Numbered from the stretch's first letter, positions 28,029 through 38,436 are shown. The stretch: DNA of 64,000 nt from Acutalibacteraceae bacterium (GCA_045539895.1 JAZQGE010000055.1:1733-65732); one strand, 5' to 3'. The notes: generated by a model from the sequence alone, not told the origin. Numbers and translations: made by a program.

Positions 28029-28574
28029 ATGTGTAATTCAGTTGAAGAATATAATTCTAAAATTAAAAGAGTAATTATCAGCGAAGAAGAAATTAAGGAA
28101 AAAATTACAGAGGCCGGTAAATATATAGATTCGCTCTATGACGGCAGACCGATTCTTCTTGTCAGCATTCTCAACGGTGCGTTTGTTTTTATGGCGGATT
28201 TGTGCCGTGCGGTAACTGTTCCGTGCGAGATTGCCTTTATGTGCGCAAAAAGCTATTATAAAGGCACTGTTTCGAGCGGTATTGTAAACATCACAATGGA
28301 CATTGAACAGGACATCAGCGGTTATCATGTGATTATCGTTGAAGATATAATTGATACAGGCCGCACTCTCTTTGATGTTACAAAACTGCTCAGAGCGAGA
28401 AATCCTCTTTCGCTCAGAGTAATCACTCTGCTTGACAAGCCTTCGAGAAGGCTTGTTGAGTTCGAGCCGGATATGGCTCTGTTTGAAATTCCGGATTATT
28501 TTGTTATCGGCTACGGCCTTGATTGCGGCGAATATTACCGCAACCTGCCTTATATAGCAGAATATGCAAACTAA
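28029..28574 (+). CDS. hpt: Hypoxanthine phosphoribosyltransferase
   Basis: 181 aa. PRPP-binding motif VIIVEDIIDTGRTL. Typical Hpt length and N-terminus. Confidence 0.9.
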   Translation: MCNSVEEYNSKIKRVIISEEEIKEKITEAGKYIDSLYDGRPILLVSILNGAFVFMADLCRAVTVPCEIAFMCAKSYYKGTVSSGIVNITMDIEQDISGYHVIIVEDIIDTGRTLFDVTKLLRARNPLSLRVITLLDKPSRRLVEFEPDMALFEIPDYFVIGYGLDCGEYYRNLPYIAEYAN

Positions 28575-28669
28575 ATTTATATTTGGAATCTTCAGGCATT
28601 GTTTACAAAGATGTTACCGGAAAATAAGCTAATTTTGCATATTTCAATTCGGTTTTTTTGAAAAAATGC

Positions 28670-28698
28670 TTGAATTTTCCTGCTTAGTATAGTATAAT
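28670..28698 (+). promoter_or_regulatory. Sigma-A type promoter for the surface-protein gene
   Basis: TTGAAT (28670-28675), 17-nt spacer, TATAAT (28693-28698). About 55 nt upstream of ATG 28754. Confidence 0.6.
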
Positions 28699-28753
28699 CA
28701 CAATGCATATTAAGTCCCATTCAAATATGTATCAAAATCAGGAGGAAATAATC

Positions 28754-29458
28754 ATGAAGAAACTCAGCATTTTTCTCGCACTTGTTATGGCTCTTTCCTG
28801 CTTCGGCATTACAGCATTTGCTGCTGACGAGTCATCAACAGCTGCACCCGCAGATGTAATCGTAACTGTTAAATGGCAGAACCTTGAGGGTTCAAAGCTT
28901 GAGCCCAAGGCTGATGTTGTACTTAAGTATCAGGCAGCTCCCGGCGGCACACTTACAGCTGACGATGTTATCAAGGCTGTTAAGGTTCGTCTTGACGATG
29001 ACGGCAACAAGCTTGTTGATGCAGAAGAGTATGTAATCTCTGAAACAGTTCACGGCTACGATGCAAACGGCAAGTACGAATTCAAGAGTGTTAAGGTTGA
29101 AGAAGGCGCTGAATACAAATTTGATGTATACGCAGTTGAAATCAACGATGTAGAGGTTTTCGCTTCTGTTCTCGCTGATGAGGCAGCAAGCATTCCGTGG
29201 GGCGACATTGCTTCAGCAAATGTAACTCTCATCAACCAGATCATCAACGGCTTCAAGGCAGCTATCAACAGCCTCACATCAAACATTCCTGAGAAGGAAG
29301 TAAAGACAGAAGAGGAAGTTGCAGAGCCCACAACAGCTGAAGCAGAAGAAGTTGAAACAACACCCGACACAGGCGCATCTGCAGTTGCAGGCGCAGCAGT
29401 TGTTGTTCTTGCTCTCTCCGCAGCAACAGCAGTTGTTCTTCGCAAGAAGGAAGACTGA
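28754..29458 (+). CDS. Secreted cell-wall-anchored surface protein (sortase-type sorting signal, PDTG variant)
   Basis: Signal peptide MKKLSIFLALVMALSCFGITAFA. The C-terminus has TPDTG, then a hydrophobic stretch, then RKKED, which is the LPXTG-like architecture. Start set at ATG 28754 after AGGAGG. Confidence 0.7.
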   Translation: MKKLSIFLALVMALSCFGITAFAADESSTAAPADVIVTVKWQNLEGSKLEPKADVVLKYQAAPGGTLTADDVIKAVKVRLDDDGNKLVDAEEYVISETVHGYDANGKYEFKSVKVEEGAEYKFDVYAVEINDVEVFASVLADEAASIPWGDIASANVTLINQIINGFKAAINSLTSNIPEKEVKTEEEVAEPTTAEAEEVETTPDTGASAVAGAAVVVLALSAATAVVLRKKED

Positions 29459-29657
29459 TTTCTAAATTAGTTTAAATTCACAACATATTCAGCCGCAGAG
29501 TTATCTGCGTCTGTTTTGTTACCTAAATGTTATTGTTGTTCACGATTTTTTAATAATTACCAATTATTTTGCGAAAAAAGAAGAATAAATTCTTTTTTTG
29601 TGATATAATGTCTATTTGGAAGTATATATTAAAAATCTATTATAAAGGAAGTGCACT

Positions 29658-31394
29658 ATGGCTTTTTCAGATCTTGGTATTCTGATTGGTGATGTTACTC
29701 TCAACAAAATTGAGCGCACATCAAAGAACCCTATGAAAGCTCAGGAGAAGCTTCTCAGCAGAATAATTCGTAAAAATAAAAACTGTGAGCTTGGTAAAAA
29801 GTACAACTTTGCCGATATTCACAGCATGGAAGAATTCCGCACAAAGGTTCCGCTTACAACTTATGCAGATTACGATCCGCTTGTAGACCGTATGATTCAT
29901 AACAGAGAAAAGAACATTATGTATACAGGCTATAATGTCCGCTACTGCTCATCATCAGGCAGTGTCGGTAAGCCGAAGATTCTGCCTAAGTCAATTTATG
30001 ATATATGGAATATGCAGTGCATCGGCTTCTCATGCACCGTTTCAACAACCGCACACCATCTTAAGAAGGTATACAACAAGAAGATGCCCGCACAGATGGG
30101 TCCGATTGTTCTTGTCCTCACAGGTCACACGCTTGAAGACGGCAAAATGTGCAACGGTGCCGGTCAGGTTCCGCTGACTTACCTTAAGCCCATCACAAAG
30201 TTTTTCTGCACATCGCCCCTTTCTCTTCTTTACCCTGAGCATGAAGAGCTGCTTGATACAGCATATCTCCAGCTCCGCTTTGCTCTTCAGGAAGAAAAGG
30301 TTTCATATATCGGTTCCGTTGTTATCACCCTTGTTACAACGATGTTCGATTACCTTGAAGAAAACTGGGAAAAGCTCTGCGATGATATTGAACACGGTAC
30401 AATCGGTAAGGATGTCAAAATTACTCCTGAACTTCGTGAGGAATATGAAAAGAAGCTCAAGCCCAACCCCAAGAGAGCAGAATTCCTTCGCAGTGAGTTC
30501 CGTAAGGGCTTCGAAACACCTATTGCACCCAGAATCTGGCCCAGACTCACTTATGCTTACGGTATGGTTGGCTCAAACCTTAAGGTTTATGTTGAGAAGC
30601 TCCGCCGTTCAGTTGGTGATATTCCGATTCACAATATGGGCTATGCTGCTGCAGAAGGCTTCTTTGCAATGCCCACAGAGCTTGATGTTCACGACAGTGT
30701 ACTCATTCCCTATGGAATTTTCTTTGAGTTTATCCCTGTAAATGATGATGTTGAGGAGGATGAAACCGAGCAACCCAAGACACTTCTTCTCAACGAGGTT
30801 GAGGTAGGCAAAAAGTACGAGCTTGTTGTTACAAACTCTTCAGGCCTTTACAGATACCGTATGGAAGATATTGTTCAGGTTACAAGAATGCATAACAACA
30901 CACCTGTTATTGAGTTCCTTTACAGAAAGAACCTGAGCATGAATGTTGCAAACGAAAAGACAACAACCGCAATGGTTGACCACGCGGCAAAGAACACCTT
31001 TGCAAAGACAGACAGCGAGTTTGTCGGCTACAGCTTTTATCCTGATTTCTCATCAAATCCCCCTCGTTACTGCCTGTTCACAGAAATCAAGGGCGATGTC
31101 AGCGAAGAAAAACGTCAGCAGATGATTGATGTTCTTGATGAAGAACTCAAGGAAGTTAACGAAAAGTATTATAAGTACAGGCGTTGGGGTATGCTCAACC
31201 GTCCTGAAATTCTCATTCTCAAGCCGAACACTTATTGGGATTACAGAGAAAACCTCCGTGCGCAGGGCGTAGTTCTTAACCAGATTAAGCCCGTAACTGT
31301 TATCAACAGCAAGCCGCGCGAAGAGTTCTTCTTCTCACATGTTCTTACTGAAGAATCATCAACAATTGATTTCTACAATGCGCACAAGGAATAA
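29658..31394 (+). CDS. GH3 (auxin-responsive promoter) family acyl-acid amido synthetase-like adenylating enzyme
   Basis: 578 aa. The N-terminal pattern (KNPMKAQEKLLSRII...FRTKVPLTTYADYDPLVDRM), the SSG(S/T)xGKPK P-loop-like motif (SSSGSVGKPKILP) and RYRMEDIV are characteristic of the GH3 family. Confidence 0.7.
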   Translation: MAFSDLGILIGDVTLNKIERTSKNPMKAQEKLLSRIIRKNKNCELGKKYNFADIHSMEEFRTKVPLTTYADYDPLVDRMIHNREKNIMYTGYNVRYCSSSGSVGKPKILPKSIYDIWNMQCIGFSCTVSTTAHHLKKVYNKKMPAQMGPIVLVLTGHTLEDGKMCNGAGQVPLTYLKPITKFFCTSPLSLLYPEHEELLDTAYLQLRFALQEEKVSYIGSVVITLVTTMFDYLEENWEKLCDDIEHGTIGKDVKITPELREEYEKKLKPNPKRAEFLRSEFRKGFETPIAPRIWPRLTYAYGMVGSNLKVYVEKLRRSVGDIPIHNMGYAAAEGFFAMPTELDVHDSVLIPYGIFFEFIPVNDDVEEDETEQPKTLLLNEVEVGKKYELVVTNSSGLYRYRMEDIVQVTRMHNNTPVIEFLYRKNLSMNVANEKTTTAMVDHAAKNTFAKTDSEFVGYSFYPDFSSNPPRYCLFTEIKGDVSEEKRQQMIDVLDEELKEVNEKYYKYRRWGMLNRPEILILKPNTYWDYRENLRAQGVVLNQIKPVTVINSKPREEFFFSHVLTEESSTIDFYNAHKE

Positions 31395-31455
31395 TTAGTT
31401 GTAATTTATTTGACGGTAAATTATTTCTTGCTCAGTCAGTTTAATAACAAGAAAA

Positions 31456-31488
31456 AACCGACCTGTGTTTCAAATACACAGGTCGGTT
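31456..31488. terminator. Bidirectional terminator between the convergent GH3-family and isomerase genes
   Basis: 12-bp hairpin AACCGACCTGTG/CACAGGTCGGTT flanked by an A-run (upstream) and TTTA (downstream). Confidence 0.65.
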
Positions 31489-31497
31489 TAACTTTAT

Positions 31498-32358
31498 TTA
31501 CTGAGCATATTTTTTCAGGTTTTCAAGTCCTGTTTTAATTGCCCATTCGTTGTCCTCGATACCCTCAAACTCAATGGTTACATATCCGTCATAACCGCTT
31601 CTTTTAAGTGTCTGCAGGCACTGGTATACGGGAACATCGCCGTGACCGACAACTGCACCTCTGAGGTAGTCGCCTGCGCGTGTGCGGAAAAATCCGTCGC
31701 CGGGGTCAGGTCCGTTGCCGCTCTTTTTATGGAAATCCTTTGCGTGCACATGCTTAGCATAAGGAGCAACTCTGCCGACTGCAACGGCAGGGTCATCATC
31801 TGCACACATAAAGTTACCCATATCAACAAGCAGACCGAAATTCGGGTGAGCAACAGCATTGACAAGCTTTTCAACCCTTACAGAGTCCTGACAGAAATAG
31901 CCGTGGTTTTCAACCATTGTAGCAATTCCTTTTTCTGAGGCATACTCTGTTACCATTCGGCATCCGTTTGCCAGAATCGGAAGCGCGCTGTCAAAGCTTT
32001 TATACTTTGCCTCATCTCCCTTAAAACCGCTTGTTGCATCGTGTCTCATGCATTTTGCGCCGAGAGCTTGTGCAATATCAACCTGAGAAAACAGCCTTTT
32101 GGCTTCTTCTTCCCAACTCTTTTCGCCAAGAAAATCTGCGCCGATTGTGTAGGCTACAATTTCAATGCCTTCCTTTTCTGCAGCTGCTCTGAGCACCTTT
32201 GCAAATTCAAGGTCTGTTAATCCGTCTGTGGGCATAAGGTCAATAAACTCAATGCCGTCAAAGCCCATTTCCTTTGCAACCTTAATAAGGTCAAGCTGAG
32301 TGTATTTGCCGCTGTTAAGCAGCCGCTGAAAGCTGTATGAACTGACTGAAAACTTCAT
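31498..32358 (-). CDS. Sugar phosphate isomerase/epimerase (xylose-isomerase-like TIM barrel)
   Basis: 286 aa. Typical AP-endonuclease-2/xylose-isomerase-like TIM-barrel pattern (GFDGIEF..., VENHG, HVHAKD, IEFEG). Confidence 0.75.
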   Translation of the reverse strand: MKFSVSSYSFQRLLNSGKYTQLDLIKVAKEMGFDGIEFIDLMPTDGLTDLEFAKVLRAAAEKEGIEIVAYTIGADFLGEKSWEEEAKRLFSQVDIAQALGAKCMRHDATSGFKGDEAKYKSFDSALPILANGCRMVTEYASEKGIATMVENHGYFCQDSVRVEKLVNAVAHPNFGLLVDMGNFMCADDDPAVAVGRVAPYAKHVHAKDFHKKSGNGPDPGDGFFRTRAGDYLRGAVVGHGDVPVYQCLQTLKRSGYDGYVTIEFEGIEDNEWAIKTGLENLKKYAQ

Positions 32359-33212
32359 TATCTGATATAACCCTCCAGGAAGCTGACGGCTTTGCGGATG
32401 TCTGCTTCGGGATTGTCGCCGACCTCGCGCTCAATTGTGAGGAAGCCTTTGTAACCAATATCATCAAGAGCCTTGAGATATTCAGGCCACGGCACGCTGC
32501 CTTCGCCGAGGGGTACTTCGTCAAATGAATCGCCTGTGACGATAACATCAACGGGGCGCTTCTTAAGGCCGTAGACAACCTCAGGATCTTCAAAGAAGTT
32601 CTGAACACCGTCTTTTGCGTGGGTATGTACAATGTATTTCTTAAGATTATGAACTGCGCCAACAGGGTCATCGCCTGTTACCATAACAAGGTTTGCAGGG
32701 TCAAGGTTAACGCCAACACCTGTTGAGCCGAGTGAATCAAGGAACTCTTTAAGCACAGCAGATGTTTCGGGACCCGTTTCAATTGCAAAGTGAGCGCCGA
32801 TTTCGTCTGCATAGCGTGAAAGCTCGTAGCAAGCCTCCTGCATAACCTTATATCTGTCGTGATTCTTGTCCTCAGGCACAACACCGATGTGAGTTGTAAC
32901 AACATTTGTGCCAAGCTCTTTTGCAAGGTCAAGAATTCTCTTTGACTTCTCAATCTTTTCGGGATTTCTGTCAGCAAAGGAGAATCCCCCGCCGCCAAGG
33001 TCGCCGCAGAGTGCGGAAATTACAAGGCCGTTGCCCTCAACTAATCTTTTGAATTCTGCGCGTGCAGCAGCATCAAGATTTTCGGGAGCCATTTCGCCCC
33101 TTGTTGAGTAAACCTGAATACCCTGTGCGCCAACTTCAGCAGCCTTTTTTACTGCCTCTTTAATGGGCAGGCGAAATGAATCAATAATTACGCCGATTGA
33201 AAAATTATACAT
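32358..33212 (-). CDS. Sugar phosphate isomerase/epimerase (xylose-isomerase-like TIM barrel), paralog
   Basis: 284 aa with the same fold pattern (FAIETG, HTHAKD, LTIEREV). Its stop overlaps the start of the downstream paralog by 1 nt. Confidence 0.75.
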   Translation of the reverse strand: MYNFSIGVIIDSFRLPIKEAVKKAAEVGAQGIQVYSTRGEMAPENLDAAARAEFKRLVEGNGLVISALCGDLGGGGFSFADRNPEKIEKSKRILDLAKELGTNVVTTHIGVVPEDKNHDRYKVMQEACYELSRYADEIGAHFAIETGPETSAVLKEFLDSLGSTGVGVNLDPANLVMVTGDDPVGAVHNLKKYIVHTHAKDGVQNFFEDPEVVYGLKKRPVDVIVTGDSFDEVPLGEGSVPWPEYLKALDDIGYKGFLTIEREVGDNPEADIRKAVSFLEGYIR

Positions 33213-33236
33213 TATAAAGCACCTCTCAGTGTTAAA

Positions 33237-33452
33237 TTATTTCTTTTTATTTCCCTTGCGCTCAACCTTTGTTTTGTTACCCTTTTCGTCAACAATGTAG
33301 GTCACATCAAGCTGTGAGGTAAGGCTGAGCTTGAAGCTGTCTATATATTTTCTGCGCAGGGTTGCTCTTTCTTCCTGCTCTTCAGGAGTAAGCTCGCGTT
33401 CGCGCGCAATGCGTGTCAGCTCGCTTATTCTGTCATATTCCCACTGTTCCAT
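33237..33452 (-). CDS. DUF896/UPF0291 family small protein (YnzC-like)
   Basis: 71 aa. ISELTRIARERELTPEEQEERATLRRKYIDSFK is the characteristic helical motif. Confidence 0.7.
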   Translation of the reverse strand: MEQWEYDRISELTRIARERELTPEEQEERATLRRKYIDSFKLSLTSQLDVTYIVDEKGNKTKVERKGNKKK

Positions 33453-33595
33453 TTTTAATACCTCAGATAAATTGATTTACTATTATACTGTGAGACACCG
33501 AGAGAAAAATCCGCCTCTGTCTTTACAGTTAATTCCGAATTCCTCATTCATAATTCCTAATTGATTTTACCACACACTTAACCCAAAAACAAGGC

Positions 33596-35659
33596 TTATT
33601 CCACACCTCTGTAATAAAGACCGCGTGTAAATTCGTCAGCCGACGGTGCAGATGCGCCAGACAGATATTTTTTCATAACCTCGTTACATTCTTCGGGGCT
33701 TTCATTTGTAAACCAAAGAAGATTAAAATCCGCAAAATCGGTTTCTCTAAGCCTGTCTGCCATATAAATCGGACGGGAATTTAGCACCTGCGAATATCCG
33801 TTTTCACACATCACCGGGAATTTCACACCCAGTCTGTCCGTAAGGTATCTTTTTGAGCCGCAGTGTGCACAGTCTGTACCGTTTTTAATAGGACAGTTGC
33901 GCGTTATCATAAGCGGCAATTTTCCGTAGACAATAATGCCTGTTTTAGCTTCATCACTTGTGCGCGATGCCTGAAGCAAGGTCATTTCAGGTGAGAGCAC
34001 AATTTCTTCTGCGCCAAGCTCTGCCATTTGCTTTACACTAAGTGAATTAAAAACATTGCTTCCGTGGCTGAGTAATATTTTCATACCCGCCTGCCTTGCA
34101 AGATACACCGCATCAAGTGTTGAGCAGGCTGCTTTTTCAATTCCTTTTTCTTTAAGTGCGCAAAGCTTTTTGAGCACGGAGTCTTCTTTGCTGAAAAATA
34201 CTCTCGGTAATTCTGCAACAGTTTTTGAGGCAAATTCGGGTGGTGTTTTTGCTGCTTCGTTGAGCGGTAAAATTATTCTTTCCACATTTTCCCAAACCGC
34301 ATTTGCCTGTTCAATCCTTGAAAAACGCGCGAAAAACACGGGGTTTTTCACTTTTTTCACACGGTTTTCCACATTGACACTGTGAAAAGCATGTGTGTAA
34401 GGGCGTTTCAACTCTTCGTAAAGTTTGTCGAATGCGGCTCTGCGGAGTGCGTTTATTGAGGAAAGAGGAAGGCTGATATTCTCGTCAATATCCGTTTCAA
34501 TGCTCTCTATAAAGAACGGTGTGCCGCCGCATTTTTCAAGCTGAGTGCGCACCTTTTCTTCTGTCAGAGGAACATTTTGTGCCGGCTGTGCTTCAACCTC
34601 GCCAAGCACAAATGCACTCTTTCCTGCCGCCTTTGCGGAAAGGCTTGCTGCTTCGCCTTCATAGGCGCAGAACATAAATTCTACACCGACTCTGGGTGTT
34701 TCTTTATCGTAAAGTCTGGCAAGCTCTTTGAGTACCGGTGCCGCCGCTGTAACATCATCTTTTCTGCGTATTCCGAACATATCTCTGCCAAGCTCATTTG
34801 TCAGGTAGCCATGTGTAAAGCCTGAACGAGAGAACACACTGCGAAGCTGTTCGCGAAGCGTGTCATCTTTTTCGTTTTTAATTGCCTTTTTGCAGGCTGT
34901 CACCGCTGCGGCGACATATTCCGGGCGCTTCATTCTGCCCTCTATTTTAAAAGATTTTACACCGATTTCTTTGAGCCTTGTCAGGTAGTCAACTGCAGAC
35001 AAATCTTTAAGGCTCAGGTCGTTGCCGGTGCCACCTTCTGTTGCAAAGGGCAGACGGCAAGGCTGAGCACAAAGTCCTCTGTTTGCGCTTCGTGAGCCGA
35101 GCATAGCACTCATCAGGCACTGACCCGAAACGCACATACACAGCGCGCCGTGAACAAATACTTCAATTTCAATCGGTGAATTCTTAACTATATATTCAAT
35201 TTCATCAAGCGAAAGCTCTCTTGCAAGCACAGCTCTTGTAAAGCCGAGCTCGCTGAGCATTTTAACACCTGCAAGTGTGTGTACTGACATCTGAGTGGAT
35301 GCATGAAGAGTCATTGTCGGCGCACACATTTTTGCAACACGAAAAACACCCATATCCTGAATGATAAGGGCGTCTATTCCTGCCAGACACGCATCTCTGA
35401 CTGCACACTGAACATCGTTTTTCAGCTCTTCATCAGTCGCAAGTGTATTAAGAGTAAGATAAACCTTTGTGCCTCGTGCATGACAATATTCAGTTGCTTT
35501 CTTAAGCTCCTCAAAACTGAAATTGCCCGCGTTGCGGCGGGCATTCAGCACTTTGCCGCCAAGGTAAACAGCATCTGCGCCACAGCGCACCGCCGCCTCG
35601 ACAGCTTCATATGTTCCGGCTGGAGCAAGTATTTCAGTCGCTGAGTTTAGACTGGGCAT
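33596..35659 (-). CDS. Peptidase U32 family protein (collagenase-like / RlhA-TrhP family)
   Basis: 687 aa. N-terminal ELLAPAG-type start (TEILAPAGTYEAVEAAV), GADAVYLGG, EVFVHGALCMCVSGQC and the CAQPCR motif. Confidence 0.85.
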   Translation of the reverse strand: MPSLNSATEILAPAGTYEAVEAAVRCGADAVYLGGKVLNARRNAGNFSFEELKKATEYCHARGTKVYLTLNTLATDEELKNDVQCAVRDACLAGIDALIIQDMGVFRVAKMCAPTMTLHASTQMSVHTLAGVKMLSELGFTRAVLARELSLDEIEYIVKNSPIEIEVFVHGALCMCVSGQCLMSAMLGSRSANRGLCAQPCRLPFATEGGTGNDLSLKDLSAVDYLTRLKEIGVKSFKIEGRMKRPEYVAAAVTACKKAIKNEKDDTLREQLRSVFSRSGFTHGYLTNELGRDMFGIRRKDDVTAAAPVLKELARLYDKETPRVGVEFMFCAYEGEAASLSAKAAGKSAFVLGEVEAQPAQNVPLTEEKVRTQLEKCGGTPFFIESIETDIDENISLPLSSINALRRAAFDKLYEELKRPYTHAFHSVNVENRVKKVKNPVFFARFSRIEQANAVWENVERIILPLNEAAKTPPEFASKTVAELPRVFFSKEDSVLKKLCALKEKGIEKAACSTLDAVYLARQAGMKILLSHGSNVFNSLSVKQMAELGAEEIVLSPEMTLLQASRTSDEAKTGIIVYGKLPLMITRNCPIKNGTDCAHCGSKRYLTDRLGVKFPVMCENGYSQVLNSRPIYMADRLRETDFADFNLLWFTNESPEECNEVMKKYLSGASAPSADEFTRGLYYRGVE

Positions 35660-35981
35660 TCTGAAGCTCCCTTGTAAGTCTTTCTACTTCTCTCTTTGCG
35701 ATTTCGGCGTCCATCTTTGAACGCGCGCTGTCTTCGAGATATTCTTTAATCTGACCGCGGAGATTGTCTGCGCTGATTTCAGCCTTTTTGTACATATCAG
35801 CATATTCAAGAGCGGCAAGAATTGCAGCCTGAGTCACTGAAAGACGGCTGTTTTCACGAAGTGTTTTTGTGAGGGAAGCATCAAGCTCATCGCCAAGCGC
35901 TGTTACATACTTGGGGTCGTCCTCTGTTGTGATTGTGTAATCTGCACCGCAGATATTGAGTCTGATTCGGTTTTTCTCCAT
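35634..35981 (-). CDS. zapA: Cell division protein ZapA
   Basis: 115 aa. The N-terminus IRLNICGADYTITTEDDPKYVTALGDELD, followed by a coiled-coil tail, is typical of ZapA. Confidence 0.8.
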   Translation of the reverse strand: MEKNRIRLNICGADYTITTEDDPKYVTALGDELDASLTKTLRENSRLSVTQAAILAALEYADMYKKAEISADNLRGQIKEYLEDSARSKMDAEIAKREVERLTRELQNAQSKLSD

Positions 35982-36049
35982 AATATTTCACCCTTACTTT
36001 GTATATTTCTTTTATGACAAAATGGTATTACATCAACTTATATTATACA

Positions 36050-36796
36050 TTATATTTTTGAGATTATCAAGCCTATTACAAATATAATCGGCCAATGAAG
36101 TATATAAATCGGAAGGGTTTTTCCGCCTGTAACCGACAATGCACGGCAGCGGGATACATACCAGCCTTGCGGAATCCGTCCTTCTTTTTCAAGTCTGCCG
36201 AAAAAAGTGCCTGCAAAAAACATAAACATATAAGGCAGCACCGGAAAATAATCTGCCGAATAAAAGCCGAGAGGTGCAAAGCCAAGCGGTGCAAGAAAAC
36301 CGTAGCGGTAAAAGCTCTGCGGCAAATCAAGCCACAATAATTTTCCCGACTGTACTGAAAAGGTGAGAATAAAGAGCAAAAAGCAAACGGCAACACCCAA
36401 GTTTGTCGGTACTTTTTCAAGCGGCTTTTTTACCAGAGCATAAAGCAGCATTGAAACACTGAGAAGATGAAGAATGCCAAAATAAATTTCTGCACCTGTA
36501 ATGCCAAACTTCGGCAAAACCAAAGCCGTAACAACCGTAAAGCCTGCCGCGATTAAAAGAAGTCTGAATCCGCGCTTTAAATTGCTGCGCGAAAGGTTAG
36601 AGGAAAAGCCTGAAATAAAAATAAAAAGGCAGGCAAAAAGAGGTTGAAGCGGAGAAAAGAAAACCTGCGCTTCATGCATCAGTTCAAAGCCGAAAAAATC
36701 GCCGAGAATAAAAAATGCATGGTAAAAAACCATCAGTATTATCGACAATCCTCTGACTTCATCAATGAGGTATATTCTTCTGCGGTCGGATTTCAT
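36050..36796 (-). CDS. DUF1624 (heparan-alpha-glucosaminide N-acetyltransferase-like) membrane protein
   Basis: 248 aa, polytopic. N-terminal RIYLIDEVRGLSIILMVFYHAFF motif. Confidence 0.65.
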   Translation of the reverse strand: MKSDRRRIYLIDEVRGLSIILMVFYHAFFILGDFFGFELMHEAQVFFSPLQPLFACLFIFISGFSSNLSRSNLKRGFRLLLIAAGFTVVTALVLPKFGITGAEIYFGILHLLSVSMLLYALVKKPLEKVPTNLGVAVCFLLFILTFSVQSGKLLWLDLPQSFYRYGFLAPLGFAPLGFYSADYFPVLPYMFMFFAGTFFGRLEKEGRIPQGWYVSRCRALSVTGGKTLPIYILHWPIIFVIGLIISKI

Positions 36797-37713
36797 ATTT
36801 TCTCCTGTGCAGTTTCAAGAATGAAGAAATAGCTTTCGAGCGATGCTCTGTAATAATTCTGAAAATCGGTATATGACTTGAAGAAAAGAGGATTTCTCTC
36901 GCCTGTTTTATCCTCTTGCCTTACCATGGTCATAAAAATAGCATAATAGTCCTTGGCTTCAATCATACTGCCAAGCCATTTATCAAGCTGTTCATTGCCG
37001 ACAAACTGATAAAGGGTTTTATCGGATTTTATTTCATCAACAGCCGACTGAATGTTTTTGATGTAATCATCAATTGCTTTTTCAGCGCCGTAGAAATCGC
37101 CCTCAACAAGGCACTCCTCAAACGGATTTTCAACGCCCTTTACAATACTGATAAGCTTTTGAGCTTTTGCGGGAGTAAGCTCGCCGTCAATTGCCTGTGT
37201 GGGAGCATCAATTTCAGGCACTTTAACCGTTGTCTTTTCAGGCACAAGCACTGAGCTTCCCTGCTGAGTTGTTGTTTCAGCGGAGGGCCTGCTTTCGCTC
37301 TGCTTTGTTGTGTCGGTTTCATTCTGTTTTGTTTCCTCAGGCTTTGTTGTGATTCCTTCAAAATTGCCGTTATCGCTGTCAACAATCTTGTCTGTGGTCG
37401 ATACAGAGCCTGAAGCTGTTGTTGAGCCGGGAAGTGAAGGGATGGTGCTGCCTGCGGCATCAGTTACAAGGTAGCCGTCCTTTTCAGTAACGGGCGGAAT
37501 GTAGGGGATATATTTTGTTTCACCCTCTGCATCCGTTGCAACTTCACCGTTTGTTTCCGTCACAATCTCATAAATCACGGTTTCGCCGTTTTCAAAGGTA
37601 ACAACCTCTGTCTGTGGCGGCACATAGATTTCCCCTTTGTTTTTGTTCTTATTACAGGCAGCAAAGCATAATATAACCGCAAAAGCAACAAGAACAATCA
37701 AAATTTTTTTCAT
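36793..37713 (-). CDS. Putative lipoprotein with T/S/E-rich linker, unknown function
   Basis: 306 aa. Lipobox CFAAC|N. Low-complexity Thr/Ser/Glu-rich middle region. Confidence 0.55.
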   Translation of the reverse strand: MKKILIVLVAFAVILCFAACNKNKNKGEIYVPPQTEVVTFENGETVIYEIVTETNGEVATDAEGETKYIPYIPPVTEKDGYLVTDAAGSTIPSLPGSTTASGSVSTTDKIVDSDNGNFEGITTKPEETKQNETDTTKQSESRPSAETTTQQGSSVLVPEKTTVKVPEIDAPTQAIDGELTPAKAQKLISIVKGVENPFEECLVEGDFYGAEKAIDDYIKNIQSAVDEIKSDKTLYQFVGNEQLDKWLGSMIEAKDYYAIFMTMVRQEDKTGERNPLFFKSYTDFQNYYRASLESYFFILETAQEKI

Positions 37714-37725
37714 TGTTTTTACTCC

Positions 37726-38436
37726 TTATCTGTTTTTTAAATGTGAAATAATGCTCTTTATATTATTTTCGGTGTGCAGTGAAAGAGATGCCGGCGGAAG
37801 GCTGTCAAGTCTGTGCGCATCCGATGAGGTGAGGATTTTCATTTCTCTCAGAATCGGGTGTTGTTTTATGAGCGCATCAATATCTCCGTTTGGAGAAACC
37901 TCCGCAACCTCAAAGCCCATCTCTTTTGTAATCATACCGAGGTTTGAAATTACGCTGTAGGATGAACGGTCTATGTGTGCGGGGTAGCAAACACCGCCGT
38001 AGCCGTCAATAATTTTTTCAACATTGGTGATTGAAATTCCGCTTGCTGTTGTCAGAAGTATTTCCTGACTGCCAAGTACTTTGTCGGTTTCATCCATAAT
38101 AAGCTGTGTGCCGAAAATTTCGGGTCGGTTTTTGACGGGAGGAGCAGTGCTAAGCACATAGTCGGAAAATTCCTCTGCCGCTTTAAGCTCTTGAAAAAGG
38201 CAGACAACATGAACCTCTTCGCTTGTGCAAAGCTCCATACCGGGTATTACCGTGATGCCGGCCTCTTCGCCTGCACGCATTGCTGCACCGCAGTTCTGAC
38301 ACGAGTTGTGGTCGGTCAGTGCAATTGCCTGCATACCCATCAGTGCGGAAAGATTGACAAGGTTATACGGTGTCATATCCTCTTCTGCACAGGGCGACAG
38401 GCAGGAATGAATGTGAAAATCGTAAAACAGGCTCAT
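37726..38436 (-). CDS. PHP-domain metal-dependent phosphoesterase
   Basis: 236 aa. FHIHSCLSPCA start, ALTDHN, and SSDAH near the C-terminus. Confidence 0.75.
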   Translation of the reverse strand: MSLFYDFHIHSCLSPCAEEDMTPYNLVNLSALMGMQAIALTDHNSCQNCGAAMRAGEEAGITVIPGMELCTSEEVHVVCLFQELKAAEEFSDYVLSTAPPVKNRPEIFGTQLIMDETDKVLGSQEILLTTASGISITNVEKIIDGYGGVCYPAHIDRSSYSVISNLGMITKEMGFEVAEVSPNGDIDALIKQHPILREMKILTSSDAHRLDSLPPASLSLHTENNIKSIISHLKNR

